Source: Oscillospiraceae bacterium (GTDB lineage: Bacteria > Bacillota > Clostridia > Oscillospirales > CAG-272). Taken from it: a stretch of DNA of 64,000 bases. A program made the translations under genes and the position numbers. A model generated the notes under the pieces. That model was not told the DNA's origin. It did no database searches and worked only from the letters and a program-made list of their open reading frames with translations. Below, in pieces: positions 61,088 through 64,000 of this stretch; the first letter of the stretch is position 1, and each line of letters begins with the position of its first letter. Location: positions 10,508-74,507 of the forward strand of contig SVRL01000002.1 of NCBI GenBank assembly GCA_015064845.1, given 5' to 3'.

Positions 61088-62106
61088 GCCTCTGCGTTTT
61101 GTTCTCCCGTTTTTTCTTCCGTATTTTCGGGCAGTTCGGGTTTCGGATCGGGAGCGAGACATTCTTCATCGGGGAATACTTCGGGCATGGCAAGCTTCAA
61201 GGATTTGATTGCAACTTCCAGTTGCGAATCGTCGGGTTCTTTGGTAGTAATTCTTTGCATCCAAAGTCCGGGAGCGGAGAGCATGCGGACAAGGAAATTA
61301 TCATGTTTGCCTGCGTACATCAGAAATTCAAAGCCAATACCCATTGTCAACGGAAGCAAAAGCAATTTGCAGGCGGTGCGTAAAAATGAATTTTGAAAAG
61401 GAATGAAAAAGCCGATAATAATACCGATCAGAATCATCACGAACATAAAGCTCGTGCCGCAACGGGGATGGAAGCGTTTGTGTTTCTTTACGTTTTCCAC
61501 GGTTAATTCTTCTCCGCTTTCATAGCAGAAAATGGATTTATGCTCTGCACCGTGATATTCAAAGGTTCTGCGGATATCGGGCATAAGAGAGACCAAAAGA
61601 ATATAACCGACGAAGATTGCGATTTTGATTACGCCTTCTACTGCACTCCGCCAAATGCCGATATCGCCGCCAAAAGGTTTGGCGATCCAACCGCTGATCA
61701 AAGAGGGCAGGTAGAAAAAAAGAGCAACAGACAGCAAAAGACCTAAAATAATGGAAATCGGCATCAATACAGTCAACAAGCCCGCGCCGAATTTTTCTTT
61801 CAGCCATTTTTCGAATTTTGTTTCTTCTTCTTCGATTCCCAGCATATCTACGCCGTGATTCATGGTGGAAACTGAGAGAATCATGGATTCAACAAAGGAA
61901 ACGACGCCGCGGATAATGGGCAACGCAAAAATTTTATATTTTTTCCTGAGAGAAACGTGTTTTGTTTTCTTTGAACGAACCGTTCCGTCCATAGCGCGAA
62001 CGGAAATGGCAACGTCTTCTCCGCTTTTCATCATAACTCCTTCCAGGATCGCTTGTCCGCCGACCTGTCCCAGACGGGGATTTTTTTCTTCTTTTTTATT
62101 TGCCAT
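61084..62106 (-). CDS. DUF1385 (YqhQ-like) membrane protein
   Basis: 340 aa from the ATG at 62106 (AAAGGA upstream). Has VGGQAILEGVMMKSG...YHGAEHK. It is commonly found upstream of prmC. Confidence 0.85.
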   Translation of the reverse strand: MANKKEEKNPRLGQVGGQAILEGVMMKSGEDVAISVRAMDGTVRSKKTKHVSLRKKYKIFALPIIRGVVSFVESMILSVSTMNHGVDMLGIEEEETKFEKWLKEKFGAGLLTVLMPISIILGLLLSVALFFYLPSLISGWIAKPFGGDIGIWRSAVEGVIKIAIFVGYILLVSLMPDIRRTFEYHGAEHKSIFCYESGEELTVENVKKHKRFHPRCGTSFMFVMILIGIIIGFFIPFQNSFLRTACKLLLLPLTMGIGFEFLMYAGKHDNFLVRMLSAPGLWMQRITTKEPDDSQLEVAIKSLKLAMPEVFPDEECLAPDPKPELPENTEEKTGEQNAEA

Positions 62107-62160
62107 GTAATCATCCTTTCTTGACAATTATTTGTAATGTATTCGGAAATTGCGTAATTT

Positions 62161-62240
62161 AAATCTCGCCGTTTGCGTTGTTTCGATACAAGAAAACTTG
62201 GATAGGCGAGCAACCATCAGCGGCAATTCGCCACTTTTTT
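62161..62240 (-). repeat. Structured intergenic repeat, copy C (inverted relative to copies A and B)
   Basis: The minus strand reads aaaaaagtGGCGAATTGCCGCTGATGGTTGCTCGCCTATCCAAGTTTTCTTGTATCGAAACAACGCAAACGGCGAGATTT. Confidence 0.8.
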
Positions 62241-62255
62241 ACCGATATCAAAACC

Positions 62256-62264
62256 ATTATATCA
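62256..62264 (-). promoter_or_regulatory. Extended -10 promoter upstream of repeat copy C and the DUF1385-prmC operon
   Basis: The minus strand reads TGaTATAAT (62264-62256). There is no good -35. Confidence 0.5.
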
Positions 62265-62295
62265 CAAATATGTGAACAAATAAATATCTTTTCGC

Positions 62296-62326
62296 AAAAA
62301 AACCGTCCTTTGGGACGGTTTTTTTA
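62296..62326 (-). terminator. Rho-independent terminator of secG
   Basis: aaaaaaa-ccgtcc-tttg-ggacgg-ttttttt. Confidence 0.85.
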
Positions 62327-62335
62327 TATTTTGTT

Positions 62336-62590
62336 TTAGGTAAACAAATACGCAATGACAACAACAGCAACGAATACAATTGCAACGATGGTTGTTACCT
62401 TGGAAAGAAGTTTGCCTTTTTTGGGAGCAGCACCGTTTTTGCCAAGATAATTGTTGTTATCGGATCCGCCGGCAATCGCACCGGAGAGACCGCGCTTTGC
62501 TTTGTCTTGAAGCATGATAACGACAATAAGGAAAAGTGCTGCCGTAAGCAAAACAATTCCAAGAATAATCTGCAGAGGACTCATGTTCAT
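62336..62590 (-). CDS. secG: Preprotein translocase subunit SecG
   Basis: 84 aa from the ATG at 62590 (AAGGAG 10 nt upstream). Has two TMs flanking a Gly-rich loop GLSGAIAGG. Confidence 0.85.
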   Translation of the reverse strand: MNMSPLQIILGIVLLTAALFLIVVIMLQDKAKRGLSGAIAGGSDNNNYLGKNGAAPKKGKLLSKVTTIVAIVFVAVVVIAYLFT

Positions 62591-62610
62591 GTGTTTCAAT
62601 CTCCTTTTCC

Positions 62611-62655
62611 GGCGGATAATGTGAATTTTCGCACCCCCGCCACCTTCGGTGCGAA
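62611..62655 (-). promoter_or_regulatory. GC-rich hairpin with pseudoknot potential in the secG leader
   Basis: Minus-strand stem TTCGCACC (62655-62648) / GGTGCGAA (62635-62628). The loop sequence GGCGG (62641-62637) is complementary to CCGCC (62615-62611), just 5' of the SD. Confidence 0.4.
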
Positions 62656-62702
62656 TCCGTTATTTTAACATCATATTACACTATTCAAGATAGCTACAAG
62701 AT

Positions 62703-62731
62703 ACTATAACACAAAAAAATGAAAAATGCAA
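62703..62731 (-). promoter_or_regulatory. Promoter of secG
   Basis: On the minus strand: TTGCAT (62731-62726), 17-bp spacer, TATAGT (62708-62703), preceded by TG. Confidence 0.5.
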
Positions 62732-62796
62732 TAGTTTTTTCTAAAATTTACGGATTCTTTTTATGAAAATCATAATTAATTTGAAAAGAAAATCAA

Positions 62797-63654
62797 TTAA
62801 ACACCGGAATATGCCGCAAAACCGCCGTCAACGGGAACAACAACACCGTTGACAAAGCCGGAAGCGTTGTTATCACAGAGCCAGAGCAACGTGCCGGTAA
62901 GGTCATCCGGAGTACCGAAACGGCCCATGGGTGTGTGTGCGAGGATTTTTTCGGAACGGGGTGTATAAGAACCGTCTGCATTGAGAAGGAGTGCTTCATT
63001 CTGTTTGGTAATGAAGAAGCCGGGGGCGATGGCATTGACACGAACACCAACCTTGGAGAAGTGAACGGCAAGCCACTGCGTGAAGTTGGAAACGGCTGCT
63101 TTTGCGCCGGAGTATGCGGGAATCTTTGTCAAAGGACGGAAACTGTTCATACTGGAAACGTTGATAATGGTTGTACCGGTTTTCTTTGCCATATCACGTG
63201 CGAAAACCTGTGTGGGAATCAACGTGCCGAGGAAGTTGAGGTTGAATACGAAGCCAACGCCTTCGGGATCGAGATCGAAGAAGGTGCGAACGTCTTCTGC
63301 GACGTTTTCAAGATCTTCAGGTTCGAGATATTCTTTGGTTGTCTGACCGCGGGGATTATTACCGCCTGCACCGTTGAGAAGAATGTCGCAAGTGCCGAAT
63401 TTTTCGGTAATAAGGTCTCTTGCAGCTTCCATGGAAGCGCGTTCCAAAACGTTTGCGGAAACACCAATGGCAATGCCGCCTTCTGCGCGGATTTCAGCAG
63501 CAACCGCTTCGGCAGCCTCGAGACGAAGGTCGCAAACGGCAACTTTTGCGCCGCAAGCTGCGAGTGTTTTTGCAAAACCGGAGCAAAGAACACCGCCGCC
63601 GCCCGTAACAACGGCAACTTTATCCTTCAAGTCGATTTCAAATGGCAATTTCAT
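62797..63654 (-). CDS. SDR-family oxidoreductase, likely SDR-type D-mannonate (fructuronate) oxidoreductase
   Basis: 285 aa. Has VAVVTGGGGVLC, NGAGGNNP, FFDLD and YSGAKAA motifs, which I recall from the YjmF/TM0068-type UxuB group. The specific substrate is not certain. Confidence 0.75.
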   Translation of the reverse strand: MKLPFEIDLKDKVAVVTGGGGVLCSGFAKTLAACGAKVAVCDLRLEAAEAVAAEIRAEGGIAIGVSANVLERASMEAARDLITEKFGTCDILLNGAGGNNPRGQTTKEYLEPEDLENVAEDVRTFFDLDPEGVGFVFNLNFLGTLIPTQVFARDMAKKTGTTIINVSSMNSFRPLTKIPAYSGAKAAVSNFTQWLAVHFSKVGVRVNAIAPGFFITKQNEALLLNADGSYTPRSEKILAHTPMGRFGTPDDLTGTLLWLCDNNASGFVNGVVVPVDGGFAAYSGV

Positions 63655-63734
63655 TGTTTTTTACCCTTTTCCAAACGGAAAAGTCCTTTCTTTTATATTT
63701 ATATTTATTTTTATTTTGGCAGTAGGATAAATTT

Positions 63735-64000
63735 TTATGAAAGCGATTCCAGAACGCGGTAAAGCTCGTCTGCGGTTGCGGGTGTATAGACGGCGCCGTT
63801 TGCGCGGAGAACGTCTGCGGGACGGTAACCCCAGGCAACGCCAATGGGAATTGCTTTTGCATTGCAGGCTGTAATCATATCCAAATCAGAATCTCCGATG
63901 TAAGCGATTTCGGAAATGTCAAGTTCGAGTTCTTCCGCAATCAGAAAGGCTCTGGCGGGGTTCGGCTTTGCGGGAACCTCGGGAATGGTACCCCAAGCGC
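63735..64000 (-). CDS. HAD-superfamily hydrolase (phosphoglycolate phosphatase-like), C-terminal part; the gene continues beyond the window
   Basis: The minus-strand translation ends ...AYIGDSDLDMITACNAKAIPIGVAWGYRPADVLRANGAVYTPATADELYRVLESLS*. The HAD motif IV GDSxxD is present. Confidence 0.75.
   Translation of the reverse strand, partial: AWGTIPEVPAKPNPARAFLIAEELELDISEIAYIGDSDLDMITACNAKAIPIGVAWGYRPADVLRANGAVYTPATADELYRVLESLS

Noticed and set aside
1-64000. Search for CRISPR arrays, tRNA/rRNA genes, transposases, integrases, reverse transcriptases and recognisable defence-system domains
   Set aside because: I saw no regularly spaced repeats. No T-arm-like GGTTCGAATCC sequences occur in the intergenic regions. 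None of the listed ORFs has recombinase, nuclease, RT, TIR or SIR2-type motifs. This is a by-eye scan only and is not exhaustive.

Overview
The window looks like a chromosomal segment from a Clostridia-class Firmicute, judged by moderate GC, a type-A RNase P RNA, a SCIFF ranthipeptide pair and families such as DUF1836, DUF4830 and DUF4886. I found no integrase, transposase, CRISPR array, tRNA or rRNA. Most of it is housekeeping: cysK, nif3/trmK, an EF-G2-type paralog, RNase J, radA, def, ackA, tmcAL, glcK, ridA, prmC and secG. Scattered among these are carbohydrate and hexuronate genes (an intracellular GH28, an SGNH esterase, GH95, kdgK, an SDR-type uxuB-like gene and a lyase-like protein) and several transporters. 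Three features are invisible to the ORF track: rnpB (17016-17388, minus), the 47-aa SCIFF precursor scfA (47814-47957, minus), and an ~80-nt structured repeat present three times (42151-42233, 42251-42336, 62161-62240). The best candidates for something undescribed are: (1) that repeat family, which shows one compensatory base-pair change; (2) a LytTR regulator plus sensor-less AgrC-type kinase plus heterodimeric ABC exporter, with 21-bp-phased direct repeats at the exporter promoter; (3) the scfA-scfB operon, translationally coupled to a PLP decarboxylase; (4) a yhbD-like/bactofilin-like operon with twin palindromic operators; (5) a ~300-nt terminator-containing leader before rnj. All calls come from reading the sequence and recalling family motifs. 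No database search or folding program was run, start codons were chosen by Shine-Dalgarno position, and coordinates of RNA and regulatory sites are approximate.
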